From an uncultured Actinomycetes bacterium (GTDB lineage Bacteria > Actinomycetota > Thermoleophilia > Gaiellales > JAICJC01): a stretch of 64,000 nt of DNA. The position numbers were made by a program, and so were the translations under genes. Location: positions 108,445-172,444 of the forward strand of contig CAWEIS010000025.1 of NCBI GenBank assembly GCA_963809205.1. Reading direction: 5' to 3'. Shown piece after piece: positions 19,424 to 29,556 of the stretch. Within the stretch, counting starts at the first letter, position 1. Every line of letters begins with the position of its first letter. The notes under the pieces are model-generated. The model saw nothing but the letters and a program-made list of their open reading frames with translations, searched no databases and was not told the DNA's origin.

Positions 19424-20729
19424 TCATGCCACCAGCCGTGCGGGGAGCAGGTCGCGGTGGGCGGCGGCCAGCTCGGCGTAGAGCCGCTCGGCGAGGTCGA
19501 TCTGCATGACCAGCGGGTTCGCCGCCAGCGCGCGAACGGCGTCGGTGCGACGACCCCGACCAGGCGGCCTCGGCGGCCAGCGCCTGGTACTCGCCGAGCA
19601 TCATCACCAGGCCGCGCAAGTGGCGCGGCAGGGGCGCGCGTGCGCAGCGGCTCGATGCCCGCGGCCGTGCAGCGGCCGGGCACCTCGACCACCAGGTCCT
19701 CGGGGAACCCCTCCAGCACGCCGCCCCGGTTGGGGACGTTGACCGGATGCACCTCGTCCTTGTCGTTGAAGATGGCGTCCATCACGTCGATCGCCAGCTC
19801 CAGCTCGTGGATGCCGCCCCGCGACCGGGAGGGGTCGAGCTGCGGGTCGTCGGTCTCGGCCTGCGCCTCGTAGTGCCGCCAGTAGTCGGGCGCCCAGCTC
19901 ATGATGTCCTGGGCGCGGGTGGTCGGCTTGGCCGCCAGCTCGGCGACCACCTCGTCGCGGTAGTAGTAGTACCGGAAGTACTCCGCCGGGATCGATCCCA
20001 TGGTCGCCGCCAGGTGCAGCAGCCGGGCGTCTGACCGGCTCAGGCTGGGGTCGTCGCGGCGCCGCTCCCAGGCCGCCTGGATCGGCGGGGATCGCATCCT
20101 CGCCGCGGTAGGTGTGCTCGACGCTCCAGCAGCCGTGGTTCAGGCCGACCATCGTCGCCTCGAGCTCCGATCGCTCGAGCTCGGCGACGCGGGCGACCTC
20201 GTCGACGAAGTAGATCGGCCCCTCGCACAGCGACACGATCTTGAGCGACGAGTGGTGGGTCGACCGCCTCGGCCACGATGTTGACCGGGTTCGTGTAGTT
20301 GAAGATCCAGGCGTCCGGGCAGATCTCCTCCATCTCCGCGCACAGCTCCTTGAGCACCGCGATCGCCCGCAGCGCCATGAAGAAGCCGCCGGGGCCCTGG
20401 GTCTCCTGGCCGATCACGCCCATGTCCAGCGGGATCCGCTCGTCCAGCGCCCTGGCCTGGAAGCCGCCCGGGCGGAACGACGACAGCACCGCGTCGCAGT
20501 CGCGCAGCGCCGCCCGGCGGTCGGTCGTCGCGCTGATCGAGATGTCGAGCCCGCGGGCCGCCGCCATCCGCTCCGCCAGCTTCCGAATCAGTGCGAGCCG
20601 GTCGGGATCGAGGTCGACCAGCACCACCTCGGAGCCGTCGAAGTCCGCGCCGTTGTGCAGGAACGACGCCATCGTGCCGGCGGCCCGGGTCGAGCCGCCT
20701 CCCACGTACACCAGCTTGATCCGTGCCAC
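19424..20729 (-). pseudogene. glycoside hydrolase family 4 (NAD/Mn-dependent glycosidase), interrupted by four +1 frameshifts
   Basis: The peptide path crosses five frames: KLVYVGGGSTRAAG...NYTNPVNIVAEAV / LKIVSLCEGPIYF...GLNHGCWSVEH / LLHLAATMGSIPAEYFRYYYY...NVPNRGGVLEGFPEDLVVEVPG / LRGLVMMLGEYQALAAEAAWSG / DAVRALAANPLV. The switches lie in G/C runs at 20257-20259, 20087-20090, 19631-19634 and 19554-19557. Length is 1306 = 3x434 + 4. Confidence 0.85.
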
Positions 20730-20733
20730 CTGC

Positions 20734-21564
20734 TTACTCCTTGATCGCACCCGCGAGCATGCCGCGGATGAAGTGCCTTTGAAGGACGATGTAGACGATG
20801 ACGATGGGCGCGGCGACGAGCACCGCGGCCGCCGCCACCTTGGTCGGGTCGCCGGCGCGGGTCACACCGGCGAAGAAGCTCAGCGTCAGCGGCGCCGTCT
20901 GCTTGTCCGGCGCCCCGGACACCAGCACCAGCGCCAGCAGGAACTCGTTCCACGTGTAGGTGAAGACCAGGGCGCACATCGTCAGCAGCGCCGGCCGTGC
21001 CTGGGGCAGCAGCACGCTGGTCAGCACCCGGAAGGTGCCGGCGCCGTCGATCCGAGCCGCCTCGGTCAGGCCGCGCGGCGTGGACAGGAAGAAGGCGCGC
21101 ATCCAGAACGTCCCGAACGCCACCGACTGGCCGACCTGCGGCAGGATCAGCGCCCAGTACGTGTTGAGGATGCCGAACGACTGGAAGTCGTAGTAGAGCG
21201 GGATCACCGTTGCCTCGTACGGGAAGATGATCCCCAGCAGCATGATGTTGAACACCAGCTTGTCGCCCCGGAAGCGCATCGTGCCGAACGCGTAGCCGGT
21301 GCCGATCGACAGCACCGCCGAGATCGCCGTCACCGCCGCGGCGACGATGAAGCTGGACTTGAAGCCCGTGGCGAAGTCGGCTTCGTGCCATGCGGCCCGG
21401 AAGCTGTCCAGCTTCGGGTCGGTGGGCCAGGCGAACCCGGTGACCAGGTCGCTCTTCGTGTGCAGGGCCAGCGACAGGATGGACAGCGCCGGGTAGATCG
21501 CCCCGACCGCGAACACCGTCAGCACGGCGTAGGTGACCACCCTGTCGTAGCGGCCCGCGGTCAT
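20734..21564 (-). CDS. carbohydrate ABC transporter permease (MalG-like)
   Basis: 277 aa, multi-TM, with the EAA loop TEAARIDGAGTFRVLTSVLLP. ATGA overlap with the upstream permease. Confidence 0.9.
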   Translation of the reverse strand: MTAGRYDRVVTYAVLTVFAVGAIYPALSILSLALHTKSDLVTGFAWPTDPKLDSFRAAWHEADFATGFKSSFIVAAAVTAISAVLSIGTGYAFGTMRFRGDKLVFNIMLLGIIFPYEATVIPLYYDFQSFGILNTYWALILPQVGQSVAFGTFWMRAFFLSTPRGLTEAARIDGAGTFRVLTSVLLPQARPALLTMCALVFTYTWNEFLLALVLVSGAPDKQTAPLTLSFFAGVTRAGDPTKVAAAAVLVAAPIVIVYIVLQRHFIRGMLAGAIKE

Positions 21565-22469
21565 GTCTCCTGCTGGCCCCCGAGCCGCACCACCAGGAAC
21601 GCGAGGGCGAAGATCGCGACCGCCAGGATCACGGCGATCGCCGACGCGTACCCGACCCGGTTGTAGACGAACGCGTTCTGGTACATGTAGAGCGCCGGCA
21701 CGTAGGTCTGCGTGCCGGGGCCGCCCTGGTTCGTGTTGTAGATGATGTCGAAGCTCCGCAGGGCGTTGATCGTGGTCAGCACGAACGCGACGACGATCTC
21801 GTTTCGCAGCCCCGGCAGGGTGACGGCGAAGAACTCGCGGATCGCCCCGGCCCCGTCGACGCGGGCCGCGTCGTAGAGCGACGTCGGGATCTTCTGCGCG
21901 CCGGCCACGAACAGCACCATGCACAGGCCGTAGGTGACCCAGGTGCCGATCACGCCGATCGCCGGCAGCGCCCAGGTGAAGCTGCCCAGCCAGGGCTGGG
22001 CCAGCGAGCCCAGGCCGATCGTCCGCAGGAACTCGTTCAGCGGCCCCTGGTCGGCATAGATCCAGACCCACGCCTGGGCGACGACGACGCCCGCGATCAT
22101 CTGCGGCAGGAAGAGCGCCGTGCGGTAGAACGTGAAGCCGCGCACAGGATGCCGCGTCAGCAGCGCGGTCAACAGCAGCCCCAGGATCACCGGGATCACC
22201 GCGTAGAAGACCACCAGCTCCGCCGAGTGGCGGAACGAGTCGCGCACCAGCGGGTCCGAGAACGCCTCGCGGTAGTTGTCGATCCCGATGTAGTGGCCGA
22301 CGGTCAGCCCGTCCCAGTCGAAGAACGACAGCTCGAGCGTATGCAGCAGCGGGGCGAGGGTGAACAGCCCGTAGAACGCCAGCCCGGGCAGGATGTACAG
22401 CCAGGCAACGTTCCGGGGCTCGCCCGGCGCTCGATTGGAGCGCCGGGCCCGCGAACCCTCCTTCGCCAC
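21561..22469 (-). CDS. carbohydrate ABC transporter permease (MalF-like)
   Basis: 302 aa with the EAA loop YDAARVDGAGAIREFFAVTLP. Confidence 0.9.
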   Translation of the reverse strand: MAKEGSRARRSNRAPGEPRNVAWLYILPGLAFYGLFTLAPLLHTLELSFFDWDGLTVGHYIGIDNYREAFSDPLVRDSFRHSAELVVFYAVIPVILGLLLTALLTRHPVRGFTFYRTALFLPQMIAGVVVAQAWVWIYADQGPLNEFLRTIGLGSLAQPWLGSFTWALPAIGVIGTWVTYGLCMVLFVAGAQKIPTSLYDAARVDGAGAIREFFAVTLPGLRNEIVVAFVLTTINALRSFDIIYNTNQGGPGTQTYVPALYMYQNAFVYNRVGYASAIAVILAVAIFALAFLVVRLGGQQET

Positions 22470-22470
22470 G

Positions 22471-23874
22471 CTACTTGAGCGAGTCGTCGAACTTCGTCCA
22501 GTCGTCCTGGACGGCCGTGGCCATGTCCTGGGCGCTGGTCTTGTCCGCCATCAGCTTCTGGAAGTTGGAAGCCAGCGTCTGGTACATGGTCGGCGACGCC
22601 CAGTCCGTGTAGAACATCAACCCGTCGTCACCCTCGACCGCCTGCCAGGCCGATGCGACCTGGCCCAGATACGGCTCGGTCGAGGGCGCCTTGGCGCCGG
22701 CCACGGAGGGGATCTGCTGCTGGCTGAACATCAGCTCCTGCGCCTTGGGCGAGCTGATGATGTAGTTCAGCCAGGCGGCCGCCACGTCCGGGTACTTGGT
22801 CTTCGACGAGATGTGCCACGGCCCGGAGGTCGAGCCGATGCCGGCGGTCACGCCGCTCTCACCGGGCGGGAAGGGCATCACCTTGACGTTGTCGGCGCCC
22901 AGGCCCTGGCCGATGATCGCCGAGTCCCAGTTGCCGCCGATCCAGAAGACGCCCTTGCCCTTCGCGAACTCGGCCGCCGACGCGTCGTTCTTGATCGCGT
23001 TGTAGTCGTCGTTCAGGTAGCCGTTCTTGCCCCACGACTGCAGCGTCTCGAGCGCCTTCACGGTCCCCGGCGAATTCCACGTCGAGCCGGGCACGTGCAT
23101 GATCCAGTCGCGCGCGTCCTGCGGCGCGACGTAGGCCGCCTGGATGCCGCCGAACATGTGGATGAAGCCGTAGCCCTCCTGGTTGCCGGCCTCGATCACC
23201 GGCTGGTCCTTGGGCAGCTTCGCGCGCACGTCGGCGAGCATCTGGTTGAAGTCGTCGAACGTGGTCGGCATCGCGTTCGGATCGAACCCGAGCTCCGCCA
23301 GCTTCTTGGCGTTCACGTAGATGTTCACGTTCTGGCCGGTCTGGGCGACGCCCCAGGTCGGGCCCTGGCCGAACGTCTTGCCGTCGTTCGTCCAGCGGAA
23401 GATCGACCAGGTCGACGGCGAGTACCACTTGTCCCAGCTGTACGCCTTGATGTACGGGTCGAGCGGCACGATCAGGCCCGCCTTCACCAGCTGGGCGTCG
23501 GTCTGGTAGCCCTGGTTGCCCTCGGTGATGTCGGGGCCGTCGTCCGACGCCAGGGCGCGCGGGACGATGTTCACGAGGCTGTTGAAGTCCTTGAAGACCA
23601 TCGTGACCTTCACGTTCGGGTACTGCTTCGTGAAGTCGGACGACAGCTCCTTGAGGACGGGCTCGAGGCCCGGATCCTGGTTGTCGTACGACCAGATCGT
23701 CAGGTTCACCGGGCCGAGCGTGTCGAACCCGCTCGTCTTGACCGCACCCTCCGATGACGGCGCGTTCGAGCTGGGTGAAGCCCCTGGTGTGCCGCCGCAG
23801 CCGGCGGCGACGACCAGCGCTGCGATCGCCGCGGCGACCAGCGCGCGGCGCGTACCTGAGATCCGTCTCGACAC
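22471..23874 (-). CDS. extracellular solute-binding lipoprotein (CUT1 sugar ABC family)
   Basis: GTG at 23874 (GGAAGGGG upstream) gives VSRRISGTRRALVAAAIAALVVAAGCGG, a lipobox signal peptide. The rest of track ORF 22471-25110 upstream of this start is an artefact. Confidence 0.85.
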   Translation of the reverse strand: MSRRISGTRRALVAAAIAALVVAAGCGGTPGASPSSNAPSSEGAVKTSGFDTLGPVNLTIWSYDNQDPGLEPVLKELSSDFTKQYPNVKVTMVFKDFNSLVNIVPRALASDDGPDITEGNQGYQTDAQLVKAGLIVPLDPYIKAYSWDKWYSPSTWSIFRWTNDGKTFGQGPTWGVAQTGQNVNIYVNAKKLAELGFDPNAMPTTFDDFNQMLADVRAKLPKDQPVIEAGNQEGYGFIHMFGGIQAAYVAPQDARDWIMHVPGSTWNSPGTVKALETLQSWGKNGYLNDDYNAIKNDASAAEFAKGKGVFWIGGNWDSAIIGQGLGADNVKVMPFPPGESGVTAGIGSTSGPWHISSKTKYPDVAAAWLNYIISSPKAQELMFSQQQIPSVAGAKAPSTEPYLGQVASAWQAVEGDDGLMFYTDWASPTMYQTLASNFQKLMADKTSAQDMATAVQDDWTKFDDSLK

Positions 23875-23958
23875 GATGATTCCCCTTCCGACGCGATGGA
23901 CGCCCTTGGGAGGACGGGCGCGAGTCTCGCATACCGCCCGGGACCGGTCAAGCCGCTC

Positions 23959-23977
23959 ACAGAACCGGTGGTTCTGT
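23959..23977. promoter_or_regulatory. candidate GntR/HutC operator: perfect inverted repeat ACAGAACC-GGT-GGTTCTGT
   Basis: 8-bp perfect arms with a 3-nt spacer. It lies in the 114-bp divergent region between the SBP operon (start 23874) and the SIS gene (start 23989). Confidence 0.45.
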
Positions 23978-23988
23978 ATGGTTTCTCG

Positions 23989-25050
23989 ATGACCGTGGTG
24001 GGGGAGACCGGGCTGTGGCGCGACCTGCGCGAGGCGCCCGGAGCGCTGCGGACGACCCTCGACCGGGCGGTCGGTTTCGACGAGGCGGCGACCTTCCTGA
24101 CGCGTCCGGGAGTACGCCGGATCGTCCTCACCGGCAACGGCGCGGCGTACTACGCGGGCCTCGCGGTGTGGCTGGCGGCGCTGGCCGCCGGGCCGGCGCC
24201 GGAGCTGGTGGCCGTGCCCAGCGGCGTGCTGCTGGCCGGCGGCTTTGCCTGGCGTGACGACGACGCGCTGCTGGTCGTCTCGTCCAGCGGTGAGCTGCGG
24301 GACGTGATCGAGGGGCTCGCCGGGTCGCCGCGGCCGTACGCGCTGATCTCGGCGACCGCGGACTCCACGCTGGCCCGCGGGGCCGAGGCGGTCGCGCTGC
24401 AGCACGTCGATTCGCAGCGTGCCGTGACCCACACGCAGGCGTTCGTCGGCGAGGTCGCCGCCGGCCTGGCCGTCTGGGCCCGCGCCGCCGGCGACACCGG
24501 CCTCCGGGACGCCGTCGCCTCGGCACCGGACGCGCTCGCGCGGTCGGTCGCAGCCGCGGAGGCGTGGATCGGACCGGCGACCGAGTCGCTGCCCAGGCCC
24601 TCGGCGGCGATCGCCCTGGGCACCGGACCCGCCTGGGCCGGCGCGGTGGAGGCGGCCCTGCTGCTCAAGGAGATCGCCCGGATCCCGGCCGAGGGCGCCG
24701 AGACCCGCGAGGGCGCCACGTCGGCGATGTTCGGCCTGACCGGCCCCGAGCACCTCGCGGTGACGCTGCGCTCCGGCCAGGATGCGCTGCTCGACGAGGC
24801 GGAGCGGCTGTGCGCCGCCGCCGGCGCCACCGTGGTGCGCTGCCCCGTCGACCCCGGCTCCGACGTGCGGCTGGCAGCGATCACCAGCCTCCCGGCGACG
24901 GCGGCGCTGGCCGGCCAGCTTGCCCTGCGCGCCGGCCATGACGTCGACCGGCCGACCTGGACGGCGGCCTACTACGAGACGGCGCGCGTCAGCGAAACAC
25001 CAGCAGCCCCGCCCCGACCAGCCCCGCGCGCGGCCCCAGCCGGGCGGTGA
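23989..25050 (+). CDS. SIS-domain sugar-phosphate isomerase/deglycase-like protein (GlmS C-terminal / FrlB / AgaS-like)
   Basis: ATG at 23989. Contains RIVLTGNGAAYYAG and LLVVSSSGE plus a second SIS-like half. Its 3' end overlaps the convergent ROK gene by about 60 nt. Confidence 0.75.
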   Translation: MTVVGETGLWRDLREAPGALRTTLDRAVGFDEAATFLTRPGVRRIVLTGNGAAYYAGLAVWLAALAAGPAPELVAVPSGVLLAGGFAWRDDDALLVVSSSGELRDVIEGLAGSPRPYALISATADSTLARGAEAVALQHVDSQRAVTHTQAFVGEVAAGLAVWARAAGDTGLRDAVASAPDALARSVAAAEAWIGPATESLPRPSAAIALGTGPAWAGAVEAALLLKEIARIPAEGAETREGATSAMFGLTGPEHLAVTLRSGQDALLDEAERLCAAAGATVVRCPVDPGSDVRLAAITSLPATAALAGQLALRAGHDVDRPTWTAAYYETARVSETPAAPPRPAPRAAPAGR

Positions 25051-25862
25051 CGATGGGCGGCGGCGAAGGCCGCCGCTCGACGCGAGCTGCGTAGGCGCGG
25101 TCGAGCGCATCGCGCAGCGGGCCGGCCGCGGAGCCCAGCCCGCCGCCGAGCACCACCGCCGCCGGGTCGAGCACGGCCACCAGGCCGCCGATCGCGTTGC
25201 CCAGAGAGACGCCGGCCGACTCGAGCAGCGCGGCGGCCGCGTCGTCGCCGTCCGCGGCGAGCTGCATCAGTGCGCGCGCGTCGTCCACCCGGACGCCGGT
25301 CAGCGCCTCGTAGCGCTCGCACACCCCGCGTCCCGAGCAGTGGTCCTCCAGGTTTCCCGGCCAGCCGGGGACGCCGGCGTCGAGCTCCCCCAGCGCGATC
25401 GCCTCGCCGCGGTGGCCGGCGTGCGGGTGGCCGTCGAGCACCAGCGCCGACGACAGCCCGGTGCCCAGGGTGACGTACAGCAGGCTGTCGAGTCCGCGGC
25501 CGGCGCCCAGCCGCGCCTCGGCGAGCGCGCCGCAGCGCACGTCGGACTCCACCCTGACCGGCACGCCCGGAACGGCGCCCGCCAGCAGCTCGCCGGGCTG
25601 AGCGCTCCAGGTCAGCACCTCGTGGCTGGTCAGACGCCCGGCGGGATCGACGTACTCCGGGAAGCCGGCGCCGACTCCCGCCACCTCGAGGCCCTCGGCG
25701 TCCGCGGCCGCGGCCAGCGTCGCGTGCCAGCGCGGCCGCCTGTTCGACGCCGTCACCTTCGGTGGCAACACGACGCTGGGCGGACACCTCGCCGCCCGGC
25801 GTCACCAGTCCACCCGCGATCTTGGAGCCGCCGGCGTCGAGCGCGACGGCGACCGCAGTCAC
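24989..25862 (-). pseudogene. ROK-family kinase/regulator-like protein with one +1 frameshift
   Basis: The N-terminus VTAVAVALDAGGSKIAGGLV is in one frame. The remainder (VGAGFPEYVD...GHRGEAIALGEL...VVLGGGLG) is in track ORF 24989-25771. The switch lies somewhere in 25700-25770. Length is 874 = 3x291 + 1. GTGA overlap with the cupin gene. Confidence 0.75.
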
Positions 25863-26722
25863 GGCGTCCAGCCGGCCGGCACCGGGCGCCCGGCGCCGGC
25901 CACGTAGGTCGCGCCCGCGCCCGCCTGCTCGACCAGCCGGTACTCGGTGCCCGCAGGCAGGTAGGCCGCGTCCCCGGGTGTCAGCCGCAGCCAGGCCGGC
26001 CCTTCGGCGGCCGGCACGTGGACGAACAGCTCGCCCGACTCGGCCAGCAGCAGCGTCTCGTCCGCGGCGGTGCGCAGGTCCCCCAGGTGGCCGCCGGCGA
26101 TCCGGCCGCGCCCCACCTGGAGATGCTCCGTGTCGGCGATCGTGCCCAGCAGGTGGCCGCCGTCGGCGGACTCGGCCGACCACAGCAGCTGCCGGTCGGA
26201 GAGGACGTGCAGCCGGGCCGAGCTCTCGCGCTCGGCGCGCGCGGCGGGCCACCTGCCGCTCCAGCGGTCGTCGGCGTAGCGGGTGTCGGCGAGCAGCGGC
26301 TTGGAGCCGCCGTACGCCGAGGATGTGCCCTGCGCCGGCGGCGGCGCGAAGTACTCGACAACCCGCGCCGGGCCGGCTCCGGGGTTGAGCGCGTGGTGCC
26401 AGACGTCGCGGCCGAAGTACGCGGTGTCGCCCGCGCGCAGCGGCCGCACCTCGCCGTGCTCGGCGTCGATCAGCACCAGCTCGCCCTGGAGCACGACGTA
26501 GACCAGGTCGGCCGCGAACACCGTGGGGTTGGCGGCCGAGTGGACGAACCGGCTGCCCGGCCGGAGCGTGAACTCGAGCACGTGGAGCGCGTCGGACGAG
26601 ACGTAGACGACGTCGCTGACGAAGCCCGACTCCTCGTCGCCCCACAGGTGCCGCGGCGCGTCCCCGTACCGGATCAGGGTGGGGCCGTCGTACGTCGGCC
26701 GGGGGGTCGGGCGCCGTGCCAT
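25859..26722 (-). CDS. bicupin-domain protein
   Basis: Two cupin-like halves: VLEFTLRPGSRFVHSA...AGDTAYFGRDVWHHALNPG and LLLAESGELFVHV...LTPGDAAYLPAGTEYRL. I prefer ATG 26722. The TTG at 26827 would run through the AT-rich regulatory island. Confidence 0.65.
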   Translation of the reverse strand: MARRPTPRPTYDGPTLIRYGDAPRHLWGDEESGFVSDVVYVSSDALHVLEFTLRPGSRFVHSAANPTVFAADLVYVVLQGELVLIDAEHGEVRPLRAGDTAYFGRDVWHHALNPGAGPARVVEYFAPPPAQGTSSAYGGSKPLLADTRYADDRWSGRWPAARAERESSARLHVLSDRQLLWSAESADGGHLLGTIADTEHLQVGRGRIAGGHLGDLRTAADETLLLAESGELFVHVPAAEGPAWLRLTPGDAAYLPAGTEYRLVEQAGAGATYVAGAGRPVPAGWTP

Positions 26723-26819
26723 TGGGCGAGCGACTCTAGCGCGATGCCGCTCGGTTGCGGTGCCGTTAAGGAAGTTGCCCGGCCGGATCGCGGCTCCTAG
26801 AGTAAAGTCGACAATGTCA

Positions 26820-26837
26820 ATAGACAAAGTCGTCTAT
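26820..26837. promoter_or_regulatory. AT-rich operator-like inverted repeat ATAGAC-aaagtc-GTCTAT
   Basis: Lies in the only AT-rich stretch (about 26795-26840) of the divergent region. It is nested with the direct repeat AAAGTCG and a TTGACA hexamer on the minus strand. Confidence 0.35.
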
Positions 26838-26842
26838 ACCTG

Positions 26843-26882
26843 CGCATTCGGGCATCGACTCCCCCCCGGATGCCCGAATGCG
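26843..26882. promoter_or_regulatory. 14-bp perfect-stem hairpin CGCATTCGGGCATC / GATGCCCGAATGCG with a 12-nt loop containing C7
   Basis: Read directly from the sequence. It lies 39 nt upstream of the CDO-like gene start (26921). It could be an operator palindrome or a 5'-UTR structure. Confidence 0.5.
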
Positions 26883-26920
26883 TGGGTGTGTCTCGCAGGC
26901 GATCGGAAAGAGGTGGTGTG

Positions 26921-27475
26921 ATGTCCACATTCCTCGGGGCACGCGGCGGCGGCAGGGAGCTGCTCGCCGGCGGGCCGGACATCGAGGCATGGTTCGCGGC
27001 CCGCCATACCCGGCGCGAGCGCACGCGGACCGAGCTCGAGGGGCTCGTCCGCGAGCTCGCCATCCGCCCCGGGCTTTGGCGCGGGCTGGTCGAGCACTCG
27101 CCGGTCGAGCGGATCTACTCGCGCCTGCACCTGGACGCGAATCTGGAGGTCTGGTTGATCTGCTGGTCGCGCCTCCAGGACACGGGATTTCACGACCACA
27201 ACGGCAGCCGCGGCGCGGTTGCGGTGGTCGACGGTGCGCTGGCAGAGCGGCGCCTGGCGTTCGGCAGCCCGACGGCGCCGACGGTCGTCTACGGAGCGGG
27301 CAACACGTTCTCGTTCGACGGTAGCCACATCCACGACGTCAGCCAGACCGGCGTTCGCGATGCCACGTCGCTGCACGCGTATTCGCCCGCCCTCGGCCCG
27401 ATGGGGTTCTACGAGGTGACGACGGACGGCTTGCTCTCGCGGCGGGTCGGTGATGTCGGTGAGGAGTTCTGCTGA
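26921..27475 (+). CDS. cysteine-dioxygenase-type-I-like cupin
   Basis: ATG at 26921 with AAGAGGTGG upstream. WLICWSRLQDTGFHDHNGSRGAVAVVDGAL...HAYSPAL fits the bacterial CDO-homolog cupin pattern. Confidence 0.65.
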   Translation: MSTFLGARGGGRELLAGGPDIEAWFAARHTRRERTRTELEGLVRELAIRPGLWRGLVEHSPVERIYSRLHLDANLEVWLICWSRLQDTGFHDHNGSRGAVAVVDGALAERRLAFGSPTAPTVVYGAGNTFSFDGSHIHDVSQTGVRDATSLHAYSPALGPMGFYEVTTDGLLSRRVGDVGEEFC

Positions 27476-27526
27476 CTCTTCCCGGATCCACTAGGCTCTG
27501 ACCTGGATCCGATCTGAGGAGGCACG

Positions 27527-28939
27527 ATGGCGCGCTGGACACCAGACCCGACCTTCTATCCCTCTCCGAGGCTGGCCGGATCGGCCCCGCCGGAGACGCT
27601 CGGCTACGTCGCCCTGGTCGAGCCGACGCAGGAGGGCCGGCCCGACGCGCTCGGCGTGATCGACCTCGAGCCGGGATCGTCCGACTACGGCTCGATCGTC
27701 TCGACGCTGGAGATGCCGAACATCGGCGACGAGCTGCACCACTTCGGCTGGAACGCGTGCAGCGCGGCGCTCTGCCCGTCCGCGCCGCGGCCGCACGTCG
27801 AGCGCCGCTACCTGCTCGTGCCCGGCCTGCGCTCGTCGCGCATGCACGTCATCGACACCAAGCCCGACCCGCGCGCGCCGCAGCTGGCGCGAGACGATCG
27901 AGGCGCGAGGAGCATCGCCCGCCGCACCGGCTACTCGCGGCCGCACACGACCCACTGCGGCCCCGACGCGATCTACGTCTCGCGCGCTCGGGCGGCGCCA
28001 ACGGCGGCGACGAGGGCGGCGGCATCTTCCTGCTCGACTGCGACTCGTTCGACCCGCTGGGCGCCTGGGAGGTCGACCGCGGCCCGCAGCGCTACAGCTA
28101 CGACTTCTGGTGGCACCTCGGATACGACACGCTGCTGTCCAGCGAGTGGGGCACGCCCGGCGATGTTCGAGAACGGCGTCGTCCCGGAGAAGCTGCTGGG
28201 CCGCGAGTACGGCCATCACGATGCACGTCTGGGATCTGCGCAAGCGCCGCCACATGCAGGCGCTCGACCTCGGCGACGCAGCATCAGATGGTGCTCGAGC
28301 TGCGGCCGGCGCACGATCCGCGCAAGACGTACGGGTTCGTCGGCGTGGTCGTCTCGGTCGAGGATCTGTCCGCCTCGGTCTGGCTGTGGCACCGCGACGG
28401 GGCCGACTGGGCGATCAAGAAGGTGATCGACGATCCCGGCCGAGCCGGCCGAGGCCGACGCAGCTGCCGCGAGCTGCTGAAGGGCTTCGGCGCCGTGCCG
28501 CCGCTGGTCACCGACATCAACCTGTCGCTCGACGACCAGCAGCCTGTACGTCTCGTGCTGGGGCACCGGCGACTTCATCCAGTACGACGTGTCCGACCCG
28601 TTCAACCCGAAGCTGACCGGGCGCGGTGCGGCTGGGCGGCATCGCCTCGCACGGGCCGCATCCGGCCTCGGGGAGCCCGCTGACCGGCGGCCCGCAGATG
28701 GTCGAGGTGTCGCGCGACGGCCGGCGCGTCTACGTCTCGAACGGGCTCTACACGAGCTGGGACCAGCCAGTTCTACCCGGACGGGCTGGACGGGCTGGAT
28801 CGCCAAGCTCGACGTCAAGCCGGGCGGCGGGATGGAGCTCGACCCCGGGTTCCTGGTCGCCGAGTTCGACGGACGCGTGCCCCACCAGGTGCGGCTCGAA
28901 GGCGGCGACGCCTCGTCCGATTCATACTGCTTCCCGTGA
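27527..28939 (+). pseudogene. selenium-binding protein family (SBP56 / methanethiol-oxidase homolog), heavily frameshifted
   Basis: Conserved SBP56 peptides appear in turn in all three frames. They are DELHHFGWNAC, RTGYSRPHTTHCGPDAIYVS, GGANGGDEGGGIFLLD...YDFWWHLGYDTLLSSEWGTP and AMFENGVVPEKLLGREYGHH. They continue with HVWDLRKRRHMQALDLGD, QMVLELRPAHDPRKTYGFVGVV, IPAEPAEAD, ELLKGFGAVPPLVTDINLSLDD and LYVSCWGTGDFIQYDVSDPF. The last are GGPQMVEVSRDGRRVYVSN, QFYPDG and HQVRLEGGDASSDSYCF. There are at least 8 frame switches. Confidence 0.85.
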
Positions 28940-29553
28940 GCCTCGGAGAGCTCGCGGGAATCGCCGGGCTGGGCGCCTTCCACGGCATCAACCCGGCGAT
29001 GGGATGGCTGTTCGCGGTCGCGCTCGGCCTGCAGGAGCGGTCGCGCGCGGCGGTGGTCGGCGCGCTCGGGCCGATCGCGGCCGGCCACGCCGCTGTCGAT
29101 CGCGCTGACGGTGGCGGTGGTGGAGGGGCTGGAGGCGGCGGTCTCGCCGTCCGCCGTGCGGATCGTCGGCGCCGCCGCGCTGGTCGCCTTCGCCGTCTGG
29201 AAGCTGGTGAAGCAGCGGCATCCGCGGTGGGTCGGCTTCCGGATCGGGCCGTTCGAGCTGGCGTTCTGGTCGTTCCTGATGGCCACCGCGCACGGCGCCG
29301 GGCTGATGCTGTTCCCGTTCCTGGTCGGCACCGGCCACACCGCTGCCGACGCTGGGCGTGGGCGCCGGCGCGGCCGCCGGTGCGCTGGCGGTGGCCGTGC
29401 ACACCGGGGCGATGGTGGCCGACGGCCGGGATGGTGGCGGTGCTGGTGTACGAGACCGTCGGGGTCGGCATCCTGCGATCGGCCTGGCTGAACGTCGACC
29501 GCCTGTGGGCCGGAGCGCTGCTGGTCGGCGCCGCGGCGACGCTGCTGGCCTGA
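28936..29553 (+). pseudogene. conserved membrane protein with HGINP / HGAG motifs, three +1 frameshifts
   Basis: GTG overlaps the SBP56 stop (GTGA). The path is VSLGELAGIAGLGAFHGINPAMGWLFAVALG / LSIALTVAVVEGLE...FWSFLMATAHGAGLMLFPFLVGTGH / LPTLGVGAGAAAGALAVAVHTGAMVA / AGMVAVLVYETVGVGIL. Switches lie near 29088-29093, 29339-29344 and 29421-29426. Function unknown. Confidence 0.6.
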
Positions 29554-29556
29554 CGC

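Noticed and set aside
23875-25110. 5' extension of the solute-binding-protein ORF (track 22471-25110) and similar long N-terminal extensions of other track ORFs (for example 14501-16060, 16539-18353, 17741-19264, 39864-41771)
   Set aside because: The extensions run over neighbouring genes or intergenic regions and are low-complexity. Internal starts with Shine-Dalgarno sequences, signal peptides or start/stop overlaps give proteins of normal family length.
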